64,000 bases of DNA from Octopus bimaculoides (lineage: Eukaryota). Shown in pieces: positions 48,112-61,863 of the stretch. The DNA lies in NCBI RefSeq assembly GCF_001194135.2, contig NC_069000.1:1419164-1483163 (forward strand), given 5' to 3'. The position numbers and the translations under genes are program-made. Numbering within the stretch: the first letter of the stretch is position 1; every line of letters starts with the position of its first letter. The notes below the pieces were generated by a model. That model saw only the letters and a program-made list of their open reading frames with translations. It made no database searches and had not been told where the DNA came from.

Positions 48112-50945
48112 TAGTCAGGGTTTTTAGAAGAATCAAAAGAAGTTTAATGTATGGGAGAGGCTAATGCAATAAATTGAATGGCTGGTGCTAATGACAGAAT
48201 GTATGCAGAAATCTCCTTTGAGAATTGGTTTGTGATGATAACTAGAACAAATAAATGTGTTAGCAGGAAGCCTGCTATTTCTCTCAGCTATGTGGAGAAT
48301 GTAAAGAGAGGAGGAAAAAAGAGCCGGAGAGAGAGAGATAGGTGAGGGAGGCGGGTTCGTGGGGGTGGTTAGAGGGAGAGAGAGAGAGAGAAGGATAGTG
48401 GAAGGGAAGAAGGGAGGTGCAGAAGGATAAAGGAAGAGAAGACAAGAAGTAGTTTAGAGGAAGATAATGCGAAAGTGCTCCCTCCTCTCTCCTGAGAAAT
48501 ACTTTAAAATATAGGATATTAAATATTATCTTGAGAAGCAGCTACGGTGTGTGTGTGTGTGTGTGTGTGCTATTTATTTCCTTTGAAGCTATGGAAAGTG
48601 ATAACGAAGTGTGTTTAAATGACAATGAAATAAAGAGGAGGAATAAAAAAAAAAAGGAACACAGACAAATAGCAAAAGAAAAAAACAAATATTAAAAAAT
48701 AAGTGGTGATTAATGGAGGGGAAAATTATAGCAAGAAAAGTTTAGAGATGAAATAATAATACAAAAACAACAAAACTGGTGAGTCCTGAAGGTGTGGTGG
48801 TGGTGGTGGTGGTAGTGGTGGTTGGAGGTGATGGTAGTGGTAGGGCCACAAAAAAAAAATTAAAAGGAATAAAATGTTCCTTAATGCATTTTTCTTTGGA
48901 ATGTTCTGCTTCCTCCCCCTCCTCCGTCTCCATCTTTTCTTTCTTCCTTTCCTTTTTTCTTTTTCTTCTACTCAAGGTAACTTTGTTAATTGTTGTTATT
49001 GATTCCTTGCCATGAAGCAACAAGGCTGATGATTCCCTGCTCCCAGAGAAAGGGATCCAACCTCTGTCACCAAATTACTAATTCTTTATTGGCAATGGTT
49101 CTACCACCCCACCCCACCCCCACCACCGACACACACGACTGGCTTTCCATGCAGTATCTGGTGGTCAGTACAAGGCAATAGTAGAAGACACTTGCTTTTG
49201 GTGGGATAGAACCTAAGACCTTCTTAACCACATAGCTTTTAAATTCAATACAAAACGGTGAAATTTTGAGAGAAGCTTTAATAGGAACACGTGATATTTG
49301 AAGTGTGTCCCGGGAAGACTGGCATCCAAAACGCTGTCAAGTGGTTCCAGTTGCAAATAGGAACCAGAGTGCAAATTTCTCTGAGCAACAAGTTGTCATA
49401 CATGACATCCTACATGTGACTAATATGAGCAGAGAATTTTGAAGAACTCACACCAATACAAGCCTGGTGTATATTTATTTCAATCAATCTTTAAAAGATT
49501 TGTGGTGGTGGGGAGGTGAACTCGAGATAGAGAGAGAGAGGAAAGAAATATTATCCGGGTATTTATGTCAGTGCACTGCCATTTCATCCCAATGTAAATC
49601 ATTGATAACCCTGGACAACAAAGATTTTACTGCTGGAGTAAAAGCATATGTTTTAGACTAAATCGAGGATGCTGATTCCAAATCCGCACTCAGAATTGTT
49701 CTAGCATGTCAAAATATTGAGTTATGCATATGTGCAAGATTATAACTATACTTTCAGCTAGATATAGGCCGTATTATAAAATTTGCTAAAATGATGGTCA
49801 ACCGGGGTAACCATGCCATAAATGAGAAGATTCTGAGATGAGCAAGATCACAACCACTGTAAGAGACTGTAGCAGAGCATTGTGAAGTTAACTTCTTAAC
49901 CATTTGGCCAAACTTGCTCTACCAAAATCAAAACCCTACAAACCCCTTTCTGTTTCAAACATAATAAGAAACAAAGGAGTCTCTTGGGCCTTTGGTCCAC
50001 TAGAAACAGCAGCCAATCTCCTTCAATAACACTGCACAGTCTGGTCACAGTTAGAATGTCTTTGATCAGAGTCATGCTTGACCATTAACAGACTAAAATA
50101 TTTAGGACATTAAGCCATAGTTTAGAAGTTCAAATCCTACGTAACTCAAACTTGTCTTTCAAAGTACAGCAGTTGATAAATAAAATACCAGTTAAGAGCT
50201 GGTGCTGGTTTAATATTTCTAGAAGACATTCGTCAATGTGAACAGAATTATAATACAGGAACCAGGGCTATCCTCAGGCGAAACAACAATATAATTATCT
50301 CTCTCTCCCTCTCTCCATATTCTCTTTCCTTTTTTATATACATACATAACTTTTTTTTATGCATGGTCTCTCTCTCTCTCTATTTCACTCACTCTCTCCT
50401 TCTTTCTTCCTCTGAAATAAACACATGCCTAATTTCTCCCTCACACCCACAAACTAATGTCCTAATAACATGCACATATACACAAGCAACAGAGCAGCCA
50501 GCTTGTACGTCATTAACATATATTAACATACAAACGGCAACAAACAGTCACAAATAAACACACACACATCAGTCAGAGACTTTTGCCGTGCCACTCCTTA
50601 TTTCTAATACACCAATGATAGGGATTTGTTCGTCAACTTTACAGGAAATTCAACCACTTTTCTTTCCTATTTGCTCTATTTTCGCGTCTTCTTTTTCTAA
50701 TAAATCTAAATGAGAACAAGTAAATACTTGACGCATGAGAAAGTAACTCATGAGAAAGTAACTCAATTCAGTATCCTTGCTCTCACTATTTTTACTCCGC
50801 GTAGATTAGCCCAATTGTTCCTTGTTTGTTACATTCTTTTGTCTTTTGCCTTTTTTTTTATGTCTCCAATATCCTGTATTGTAACCTTGTGGACAGCCCC
50901 TTTCAAAACTGCTGGCCCTTTATCTAAATCAATTCTTATTAAAAC

Positions 50946-51157
50946 GGCAGCGAGTTGGCGGAATCATTTTTGCGCCAGACAAAATGTTTAGCGACACTTC
51001 TCTTTTACGTTCTGAGTTCAAATTCCGCCCAGGTTAACTTTGCATTTCGTAGCTTTGGGTCGATAAAATAAATGCTAATTGAGCACTGGGGGTCGATGTA
51101 ATCGATTATTCCCCTTCGCCAAAAAATTTCAGGCCTTGTGCCTATAGTAGAAAGGAT
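50946..51157 (+). mobile_element. SINE family A copy
   Basis: ggcagcgagttggcggaatc...gagttcaaattccgcc...ggccttgtgcctatagtagaaaggat. Confidence 0.8.
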
Positions 51158-53004
51158 CATCATCATCATTAGGTCCTTGACCGATATAATCGACAATCCA
51201 CCCAAATGTGAAGTTCTTGAAGACAAAAGGACAGCCGTGACATGTATTTCTACTTCAATAGACGTCATCAGCACAGCAACTGCACCACCTTACCTTCAGT
51301 TGACGAGACACTCAAGGCATAAAAAAAAAAAAATTGTAAACATTTATGGGCGAGGTTAATTGGTATAAATGAAGTGAAAATGGGGCAAAGAGAAATAAAC
51401 CACCATTGAATCAAACCCTATCGTCTTGAAAAGCTAAGACAATAGATTGAACAATATAGTCCCGATATTAAAAAGAAGAAATGGGATGGTCATCGCTGGA
51501 ATGCCAATGATTATAGGTATGTCCCATCAGAGCTGGCCTGGGGCTACAATCAACAACTAGGAAAACCATTTGCGCAGTACAACCATTATCCATTAATTCT
51601 CTCTCTCTCTTGTGAAAGTCGTTATCGTTTACACACGCACACACAACTCTTTTACAAAATGCTTCAGCTCAGCTCTGCTAGTGTAATCCAGGGAGAATTA
51701 GTCACGTGTAATAATATACAGTTTCAGGGTACATGTGAGGATAAATACACGGCCCACTAAGCAAACATAACAGCATGATTCAGCATTCTGTCCAGCCAGT
51801 CACTGATACACACGGAAACACACACACACGGATTGGATAGACAGAGTGCTTATCCGTGTGTTACATATTCACCTCATTAATAACAACACTAAAACTGAAA
51901 AAGCACTCTAAAGGGCGGTGTCATCGTTTACGTACAGTTGTCTATCCCGACATGGGGCTGGGGTTTCTTCACAACTCAACCCCTCTTTCCTGTCGCCAAC
52001 CCTTTTAGTCACGCTTATGACAATTAGTGAACCTATTTTAAAGCGAGGATGCACAATGTGTGTGTGCATGAGAGAGAGAGAGAGAGGAGAGAGGGGGAGA
52101 GAGAGAGAGAGAGAGGGAGAGAGAGAGAGAGAGATCATCATCGTTTTAACATCTACTTTTTCATCCTTTTCCCATGTTTGCATGAGTCACACGAAGGTAA
52201 GTTGGGTTTTCTAAGGGCGAATGTTTCCCGATGCCAGTTTATCAAACAACCAACAGTTGGGACATGGTTATGCAGAGAAGAGTTGCAAACAAAAGACACC
52301 AGTTGAACGAAACTTTTGTTTTAAAAAAATCACACTACATGTCGAGATAGGTCAAGAAGTCCGGACATGCTGTCATAGCGGACTGCCGTCAGGCGATACC
52401 ATTCGCTTAAAAAGACACTGTTTACAACCAGCGAACACAACACTTGAATGAATAAAATTTGTGAAGGAAAGACAGTGTCACGAACCATTTCAGGCTTTCC
52501 TAACACTGGTGATAAGAAAGTTGTCCTTAGATTTTCCAGTTGAGACGAAGGACAATGCCAGAATAATTACACTTCAGATGATTCACAGGAAATGACACCT
52601 TACTACTTGACGTCCATTATCCAAGCTGGCATGAGTTGGACAATTCGACAAGGATCCATTGAGCTGCAGGGCTGTGTCAAGCTTCAATTTCAGCTCTGGT
52701 ATGTTTTCTATGGTCAGATGCCCTTCCAAGCGCCAACTACCTCAACAGTGCTGTTTTTCATGCCACCAACACGAGTGAGGTCAGCAAACAAGTTGCAAGA
52801 TAGAAAAGTCCCCCCATGACTATGGAGTGGTGGTGGGGCACAAAATATGTGATTGTATTTAATTATGTATTTTTCTGCACCAGGTTCAAATCCTATTTGC
52901 TTTGCCTCTCATCGTTCTACAGAGAAAAGGGGTCGTTGAAATAAAGTACTAGCCAATAAACACAGCTGTTCATATGACCTTTGTGTCAATCAAGGAAACT
53001 AACA

Positions 53005-53220
53005 GGGTGGCGAGCTGGTAGAATCGGGCGAAATGCTTTGTGGTATTTCGCCTGCCGTTCTGAGTTCAAATTCCGCCGAGGTCGACTTTGCCTTTCATCG
53101 TTTCTGAGTCGATTAAATAAGTACCAGTTATGCGCTGGGGTCGATGTAATCAACTTAATCCCTTTGTCTGTCCTTGTTTGTCCCCTCTATATTTAGACCC
53201 CTGTGGTCAATAAAGAAATA
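53005..53220 (+). mobile_element. tRNA-head SINE family A (well-preserved copy)
   Basis: ggcgagctgg...gagttcaaattccgccgaggtcgactttgcctttcatc...gataaaataagtaccag. Other copies (approximate): 1-290(+), 5136-5263(+), 5937-6135(+), 19435-19575(-), 19790-20002(-), 20560-20720(-), 22060-22255(-), 33730-33925(-), 46140-46345(+), 50946-51157(+), 54855-54950(-), 56962-57165(-), 58250-58400(+). Confidence 0.85.
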
Positions 53221-53320
53221 AATAGAGGAAATCAACAGAATTATAAGCATCCATGTTATCACTAAAAGGAAGGGAGAGATACACAGACACACAGACTGCC
53301 CAGTCAAGTGGTAAATAATG

Positions 53321-53338
53321 TATATATATATATATAAA

Positions 53339-53424
<86 letters not shown>

Positions 53425-53445
53425 TATACATATATATATATATAT
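53321..53445. repeat. Long (TA)n microsatellite
   Basis: Direct reading. Confidence 0.95.
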
Positions 53446-53934
53446 GACAGGCAGATAGAATATGATAGATGAGCCAAAAACTAGCATCTCCTCAGACAAC
53501 CCTGTCTATGTGTGTGCCATATTTGGAGGTTCATACAAATGTCTAAATATACAGATGGAAAGAAGCCAGTCATAAACCATTGTGATTAAGGATTAGCTAA
53601 TTGCACATGCCATTGCCCTCACAGACACACAAAAGAACAGAATGAAAAACTAGAGTTTTAAATATTCTTTGTTATGAAAAGACACCCGACTAATGAGATT
53701 ACATCTGTTTGGAGCTATTAATTAACGATAACAAAAACATAATTCTTTTGACAATAAACAGGTGGCCATCTAGATAATCCAGTTCAGCAGTTTGTGTACC
53801 ACTACACAGTTCTGACACTAGTTTCACTTACTGAACTATGACCATGCTGGAGAAGCAGCTGCACGGATTCACGTGACCATGTCAAACCTCACAATTCATT
53901 TTATTGATTTTATTTGTTGGACTGCTACATTACA

Positions 53935-54252
53935 GACTGGCACTCTGTCGGTTATGACAACAAGTGTTCCAGTTGATATGATCAACCGAACAGCCTCCTC
54001 GTGAAATTAACATGCAAGTGGCTGAGTACTCCACAGACGTGTATTCTCAACATCAATCCTCAGGGAGGTTCAGTGTTACATAGGGCGTGACAAGGCTGGT
54101 CCTTTTGAATTACAGGTACGACTCATTTTTGCCAGCTGAGTGGACTAGAACAACGTGAAATAAACAGTTTTGCTGAAGGACATAAGGTGCCACCAGGAAA
54201 TGAACTCACAGCCTTACAACTGTGAGCCGTATACATGAACCACTCAGCCACA
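53935..54252 (-). mobile_element. tRNA-head SINE with a central CORE-like segment
   Basis: Reverse complement gtgtggctgagtggtt...gtgagttcatttcc...ccactcagctggcaaaaatgagt. The CORE assignment is by resemblance only. Confidence 0.6.
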
Positions 54253-54336
54253 CACCATCACTACATTACAGACCCTAAAACAGACACAACACAAACGACA
54301 CCAGTTTGTCTTTTTGATTGGTGTAAACACAAATAC

Positions 54337-54715
54337 AGGTGCAAGAGTGGCTGTGTGGTAAAGAGCTTGCTTCCCAACCAAATGGTTCTGGGTTCAGTCC
54401 CACTGCATGGCACCTTGGGCAAGCGTCTTGTTCTATAGCCTCAGTCCGACCAAAGCCTTGTGAGTGGATATGGTAGATGGAAACTGAAAGAAGCCCGTCA
54501 TATATACATATGTGTGTGTGTGTGTGTCTGTGCTTGTCCCCACCATCGCTTGACAACTGTTGTATGTTCAAGTCCCCATAACCTAGTGGTTTGGCAAAAG
54601 AGACTGATAGAATAAATACTAGGCTCACAAAGAATAAGTCCTGGGGTCGATTTGCTCGACTAAAGGCGGTGCCCCAGCATGGTCGCAGTCAAATGATTGA
54701 AACAAGTAAAAGAAT
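54337..54715 (+). mobile_element. tRNA-head SINE family B, near full length
   Basis: gtggctgtgtggtaa...ggttcagtcccactgc...ccttgggcaag...gaaactgaaagaagcc-(TG)n-...gactgaaacaagtaaaaga. Partial copies (approximate): 1055-1245(-), 1690-1815(-), 4490-4760(-), 18575-18680(-), 20360-20500(-), 27590-27800(+), 28235-28410(+), 34790-34880(-), 41630-42420, 46725-46860(-), 56655-56760(-), 59260-59440(+). Confidence 0.85.
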
Positions 54716-56823
54716 ATATAAATATATATATATTTATAATTAGTTAATCCGAAAAAAAAAAGTTGGTGATCAAAACAAGTCTTGGACCCCTCAGAAGGTG
54801 TGAAAGCCATGTGTCAGGAGTTTACAGATGCGGACCAAGAGAACACAAGATAGGAACTTGGCAGAATTTGAACTCAGAGTGTAAAGACAGACGAAATGCC
54901 ACTAAGCATTTCGTCTGGCGTGCTAACAATTCTGCCAGCTCGCTGCCTTAGCCATGGGGAAATATTCCCTTGCAGGGAAATAGTGGTGAGGTGGCTGCAA
55001 GAAGGGCACCAGTCATAGAAAATTTGCCTCAACAAGTTCCGCCTGGCCCATGCAAAAATGGAAAAGTGGATATGATGATGATGATAACAAACCATATCTT
55101 CAATGAATAGATAAAGCAAGATTGCTGCTTTAACTTATCCTCACTCACCAAAACTATCAGAGAAAGTACAAACAACACTCAAGCGATAAAAGATAGAACC
55201 CAGCTAACATTAGCTTATCGTTTGCACTAAGACGCTAATTAGCCTGACTGGCCAAACAATATGACTAAGTTTATTTCATTGTGAGGAAGAACTGACTGAC
55301 ATGTCACTGACAGAGTATCTGTTGTTGTTGAGTGAGAGAGCAGTGCATGCCAAAGTGATACTGGGGTACAAATATATGAAGCCCAATATACCCATCATGA
55401 CTGCTTGTCTGATAAGGGTACACCAGGCACATGCATTACAACCATGCATGTCATGGTGGTCTCATATCAAGATAAACAATGGATGACCTTGCAGGTGGGG
55501 ACCAGTTAGAATTTTCTTCAGGTCAAGTAGACCATCCTACTCAAAAGGTCCCTGGATAAGGGTTGTTTAAGGACTGCCTTAACTTAGTCAATGTGGTAAC
55601 AGAGTAGAGTTGGACTTGACTAATACTCTGTGGGTTAGTTTAGCATAGGAGTTCTCAATTGGGGTCCATAAGACCCTTAGGGATTCATGTAAGATTGGGT
55701 TGTTAAAATTTATGTGCAGTAGATAGCTTATAGTCCTACAATACACAAAATATTTTAACAATTTTTTAATATAATTCCTAATATTATTTAATTCCAAAAA
55801 TAGGATTTTAAAAACATCAAATGGCTATGAGGGCCCATCTGAATAAAAGGGGAAATTGTTCAGAACTACGGGTTTAGCATAACGACAACAACAGTCATCA
55901 TTATCATCATCATCATCATTGTTGGTATTTTACATCCATTTTCCATGTTGGAGGCAGCATGTATTCAAGGATATACTGCTCGACTACACGGTTCAGGGGA
56001 CATCATTAGCTTGCATTTCAATTTTGAGGTCCTTAAGACTTAAGGGTTCTCAGCATGTCATTCCAAAACATTGTGGGCTCCCAGGATGTCACTGCACTTG
56101 TCCTTCTCTTTTACTGGCCCTGATATGTGTATGTATATATGTGTATGTATATATGTGTACATGTATGAATGTGGACGCACCAGCCACTAAGTATACTTAT
56201 TCTGCTCCTATGTGTTGTTTGGTTTCAACCCCTTTTTATAGAGTGGAGTTAAAAATAAAGAATTTATGAACAAAGCATAAAAATAACAGATCATGCGATC
56301 AATCTAAAAATAAACAACAGCAAAAACACGTTCAGCCTGTTTCACACGAGGAAAGCGTTTTTAGTAGTAAAGAAAAAAAAATAATAATAATGAACAGTTT
56401 GTGGGAAAATGTGCAGACACTAATCCATTCTGAAACTTTATGTTCAAATGCAGTTGATTATAAAGAAGTAATAATGACTATTAAGTTATTTTATTATCAT
56501 ATTTTTCACGGGAAAATAAATATATACTAATAAAAAAAATTAAAAAAAGATATTAACCGCTTTGTTACCCAATTCCTGTTGAAATAAATTTGCAGTCTTT
56601 GTTTCAATAAATTTTTTAAACAATAGTCAATTCATTTCTTTTCTTTTCTTCTATATATGATGGGATTCTTTCAGTTTCCATCAACCAAATCCACTCACAA
56701 GGCATTGGTCAACCCCAGGCTATAGTGGAAGATACTTACCCAAAGTGTTGCATGCTGGAACCATTTTACCAATGTTGTTTTACAAAGTTCAATATATTTC
56801 CTAACAAATCTTTCATTTTAAAC

Positions 56824-57281
56824 CAGTTGTTCTCAACTGGGGTCAATATCACCCTTAGGGGTCATATATAAGATTTTGTTGTTAAAATTTATGTACAATA
56901 AATTGATCAGACTTCTACAATACACATGATATTTCAATTTTTCTATACAATTCCTAGAAATCATTTCTACTAAAGATACAAGGCCTGAGATTTGTGGGGA
57001 GGGGACTAGTCAATTACACTGGTGTTTCACTGGTATTAAATTTATCGATCCTGAAAGGATGAGGCAAGTCGACCTCGGCGGAAACTGAACTCAGAACATA
57101 GCAATGGGCCAAAATACTGCTAAGTGTTTCATCCTATGCGCTAACGAGTCTGCCAGTTCACTGCTTTATGTACAATCCCTAATATTTAATTAGCAAGATT
57201 TTTTTTTCATACAGTGAATGGCTGTGAGGGTTCACCTAAGTAAAGTAGGAATCATAGGTTAAAAACGGCTGAGAATCACTG
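56824..57281. mobile_element. hAT-like MITE containing a nested SINE (about 56962-57165)
   Basis: Ends CAGTTGTTCTCAAC / CAGTGATTCTCAGC; flanks ttttaaac and cttgaaac (6/8). Related partial copy at about 55660-55830. Confidence 0.55.
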
Positions 57282-57433
57282 CTTGAAACAAACAATTTAG
57301 CCATGTCCCATTGCCAGAGAACCATTGAAAAGTTATCAAAATAACTTTGTGATTATTAAGCTGTTTGGGATGGAAACAAGTATGAAATTTAGATGGAAGG
57401 TTTTAATTAAGATGGTTATCAAAAGGGTTAATT

Positions 57434-58150
57434 GGATCTAGTTCAAAACGGGGGCACCAGTTTTCATTTATGTTTTATGTAGTGTTTTTGGTACCGAAAG
57501 ACTTTCAAACTTCGTATACTTATCTATTTTGTGTTATAGAACAGAAAAACATTTTTGTATTCGAAGTTATTTCATGTAAAAAATTGTCTTATTTCGATAA
57601 TTTCAACCAATCACTGACAAGTATTCAGCTGTTTACAGTTACTCCTTTGGCAGTTTAAGCGGTGTAAAGCGTATTTAATCTCCATTACTTCTGACATTTT
57701 GCAGAGAGGCAACACACGTGTGTCCGTTTTCCTTCGTTTTATTTTTAATATAATTTCGTTAACATCTGCCTGAACTGTATGTATACAACATTTGCCCTAA
57801 CCCTTCCCTCAAAAACCAGCCTTGTGCCTATAATAGAAAGGTTTATTAGCTACTGCCAATATGCTTCAGCCATTTTTTGACAAGGAAATAATAATTTTAT
57901 CACCGCCAGAATCGTTTGACAATCGTTTGTTTACGTAGTCAGCACTTAATGTATTCGGTTGAATGGACGTCAGTCATTAGTTGAAATTACAGAAATACGA
58001 CAACTTTAACATGAAATAAGTTGCAATATAATAATTTTTCTTAAGAAGACTAAGAGAAAAAGATGTTTTATATGACACATTCTACCAGTGTCCCAAGTTT
58101 CAAAGTGTTTCGTTAAGAAAATACTGGCGCCCCCGTTTTGAACTAGATCC
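57434..58150. mobile_element. Merlin-like MITE, copy 2
   Basis: TIRs GGATCTAGTTCAAAACGGGGGC(A/G)CCAGT; perfect 8-bp TSD GGTTAATT at 57426-57433 and 58151-58158; arms similar to copy 1, different core. Confidence 0.88.
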
Positions 58151-58840
58151 GGTTAATTATCTGAGTCACTTTTGTACAATGATGATTGACGGTACTTTTT
58201 ACAAAATAAGCTGTGGCCTAACTAACCAAAGGCCTGGGGGACACATTAACAGGGTGGTTGACTGGCAGAATCATTAGACTGTCAGATAAATGCTTTGTAG
58301 CAACTTACTCTGGGTCTTTGAGCCCCGAGTTCAAATCTTACCAAGATCCACTTTTACCTTTTATCCCTTCAGAGCCAATAAATGAAGTACCAGTGATTTA
58401 CTAGATTCGCCATCATCACCTCCCACCACCACCACCACTCTCTCACTCTCACAGATATGGCTATGTTGTCTGAATCCCCTCAATCATGGCAGAACTCCCT
58501 CCAACAGATAGGTGAAAGGACATGGCACGTTGCCATAACATCAAGCAGTCAAGTATTGGAATAAGGAAGAGGATAAGTTTTTTTTCTCTTGATACAGCTG
58601 AGCGAACAATGCTTGAGTGTGAAAAGGAGTGGCCAGATCACAAATATTTCCCATTTATTAGGTTAGATTAATTACTTAAAATAACCTCTCAACTTAATTA
58701 ACCCATTTTGTCTCGATATTTCTATCTGTTTTAGTTTATTAGGAATATTATAGTGAATCTGATGAAATAATTGTCATTACTAATCTGACGCTTGAAACAA
58801 ATAAACAGGAAATATTTTGAGAGAAGGTTTGCATTTATAT

Positions 58841-59186
58841 TCTTTTACTTGTTTCAGCCATTAAAATTGTGGCCATGCTGGGGCACTGCCTTCAAGAATT
58901 TTCAGTCAAATGAACCAACACCAGAATTTATCATTGTTTTTAAGCTTGGTACTTACCCTGTTGAACTGTTAAGTTACAGGGACATAAACACACCAACACA
59001 GGTTGTCAAGTGGCAATGAATGACAAACACACACGACAAGTTTCTTTTAGTTTCCGTCAGCCAAAACCCCTCACAAAGCTTTGGTCTGCCTAGGGCTATA
59101 GTAGAAGACACTTGCCCAGATGTCACGCAGTGGGACTGAACCTCGAACCATGTGGCTAGAAAGCAAGTTTCCTACCACACAGCCAC
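58841..59186 (-). mobile_element. SINE family B, near full length
   Basis: Reverse complement runs from the head gtggctgtgtggtagg to the tail gaaacaagtaaaaga. Confidence 0.8.
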
Positions 59187-61832
59187 TTTACATCAGGAAG
59201 TTAGTATAACACTGAACCAAGGATGGTTTGAGACAGGTCTGAGATAAAATAATATTTTCCCCCACCACTGCTGTTGGTTTGTTTATGTCTTTGTAACTTA
59301 GCAGTTCTGCAAAAGAGACCGACAGAATAAATATCAAGCTTAAAAAAAAATCAATACTGGGGCCAGTTTGTTTGACTAAAAACTCTTCAAGGCAGTGCCC
59401 CAGCATGGCCACAGTGTAATGACCGAAACAAGAAAAAAAAAAAAAGCCCGTCCCATGAGTTGTTTTAAATGACATTTCTGATGTCGTTAACGGTTTTAAA
59501 AAACTATCAACCACTCTCTTCTCACTATTCAGGTTTTTTTATAGCCCAGGAGCGACACCCAGAAGTCACAAGCATTCTGCCCTGACCCATGGACATGTGC
59601 CTGCACACACACATTTCATAACCACCACACGTTTTACAACCAGCACACAAGGAATTGACAAAAACATTAAAGGTTAATTACCTAAAGTAATTAATATATA
59701 TATAATAATGTGAGAGTGTGCAGCTTAGTGGTTAGGATGTTGCACTCACAATTGTGAGATCGTGGGTTCGATTCCCAGAGCAGAGCTGGGTTCAGTCCCA
59801 CTGCATGGTACCTTCGGCAAGTGTTTTCTACTATCGCCCTGGGTAGACCAAATTTGTTCCACACCAGCAATCAACTATGCTTGAGAAATTCCATAGGTGG
59901 CCGCCTGTGAATATAGTAAAGCCTCTGTACTAAACAGTATGAAAGCTATCTTATCTACTTGAACCAGAAGCTTTCTCATCTCTTCCCATCACTCCCTTCT
60001 CCTCATAGGTCCTACTCTTCCTATGAGAAAACCTCAGTGTGACCACTTGACCTGCTACAAACAACAGTCAAATCTCACTCACAGCATATCCCCTCACCTT
60101 TGAAAGAAAACAAAAAAAATGTATTGGCTATTGTGGATAATAAGAAATGGTGTCTAGTGAAAATACTGAGACGGGAGGGTCGCGATTGGGATGCCTTTGG
60201 TGAANNNNNNNNNNGGGGGGTTGCTTGATCCACTAAAAATAGCAGTCCCCTTCACATTTGACTGTATCATCAAATAAGTAAATATTTCTAAAACAACAAA
60301 ACAAACAAAACACAAACGGATGGTCACGGATGAATTCAATGCTTGCATCTCGCATCAGTGGATCCAGTTGCACATGCATGATCTCTGCTGCTTCAATAAG
60401 CGACAAACCGAGCTTCTATTAAGGTCGCTAGAAACAGCAGCTAAATTTCCATCATATTATACCTCATAATTTATTCATTATTACTATTGCAGGTAAATTT
60501 CTTCCGCACAACGAAACTAAATAACAATAGGAATCAACAAATGTGCCTCTACAAGGTAGCTTGACTTCCTAAAATTAACAGCCAAATTTACCTCAAGTAA
60601 GGATGCACTAGAGAACCTGGTGTCACACACACACACAATTAATAAATAAACGGTAACGTCTCTGTTAGAGTATCTTTGACCATAATAGCAGGTTCTGCTA
60701 GATCAAAACTGACCTGAAATTTAAGCAACATGCTTTTCTTTAAAGAAAAAAAAAAAAAAAANNNNNNNNNNAAAAAAAAAAAAAAAAATACAGCCATCTG
60801 CTTAAAGGTCAAGCTTGCACTTACCGATAATGTCTGATCTGTGACCCATTGTTACGCTGTCCTTTCTCTCTGTCTCGTGTCTCTTTCTGCTGCTACTGCT
60901 GCATTCCAAAGGAATGTAGTTCTAGGAACAACTGCATCCCACTGGAATTCCCCCACCACCACTTCCCTTTCTCTGTCCACGAATTTCTCTCTCTCTCTGG
61001 AATATTTCAAATGAATTCGGTCGACTGAACTTCACGCACTTGCTTTAGCCACTTCACGTGGGTCTAAAAATACCTTAGCAATCTATGGTTTTCACTGACT
61101 TCTCATACACAATTCAATAAAGGGGCATTTTGTTAAATATTTTAAAGAAGCCACACTTAGAAAACAACAAACACAACAAAAAAGTGCCTTTTAAAAAAAA
61201 TATTTATGTCTAAAACTATCAATCAATCGTATTTGTGAAAGAAATCGCTTTTATTCATTTACGGTATATATGCATGCAGAATATAAGTGTGTGTAATATA
61301 TATATTATATACATACACAAATATATATATATATTTATATATATACACGCACACAATTATATATATTTGGTTATTTGTGTATCTTGTTTTTAAAAACGAG
61401 GAAAAACATGATCTAAGGCAATGTACTCAATATGTAAATTAGAGTGGAGGAACTTATTAAAAAAATATATTACTCCTAAAAAAACCCCAAAAAACTAGTC
61501 ACAATTTCATGCCAATGTATGTGATGTGTACGGAATGGTTTAGAAGTGGAAGAAACAAACCCATCCCCCTGGGTAAAGGAGTATGGAGAGGGAGAGAAAG
61601 ATACACATGTATGTAAGTAGATAGATAGAGAGAGAGAGGAGGAGGGAGAGAGAGAGAGAGAGGAGAGGAGGAGAGAGAGAGAATCATTAATTTATGTGTT
61701 CTATATTTAGAAATTTCTATTACTACACGAAGATATTCACTTTTTCGTGCTTAATAAATGTGTATACAGAATGATTTAAAAGTTAGCTTGGAGGAAGAAA
61801 CCAAAAAACCCGGGCAATAGAAGTGTGTAAAA

Positions 61833-61863
<31 letters not shown>

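Noticed and set aside
53155-53499. ORFs rich in YI, HT, CV, RE or LS dipeptides (also near 383, 2856, 3110, 9044, 13751, 28214, 39990, 43906, 45245, 51918)
   Set aside because: Translations of (TA)n, (CA)n and (GA)n microsatellites or N gaps.
60240-60411. Minus-strand peptide ...SIEFIRDHPFVF resembling a serpin C-terminus
   Set aside because: No hinge motif (EEGTEAAA), no upstream serpin exons, the acceptor lies within a repeat, and the downstream part is low complexity.
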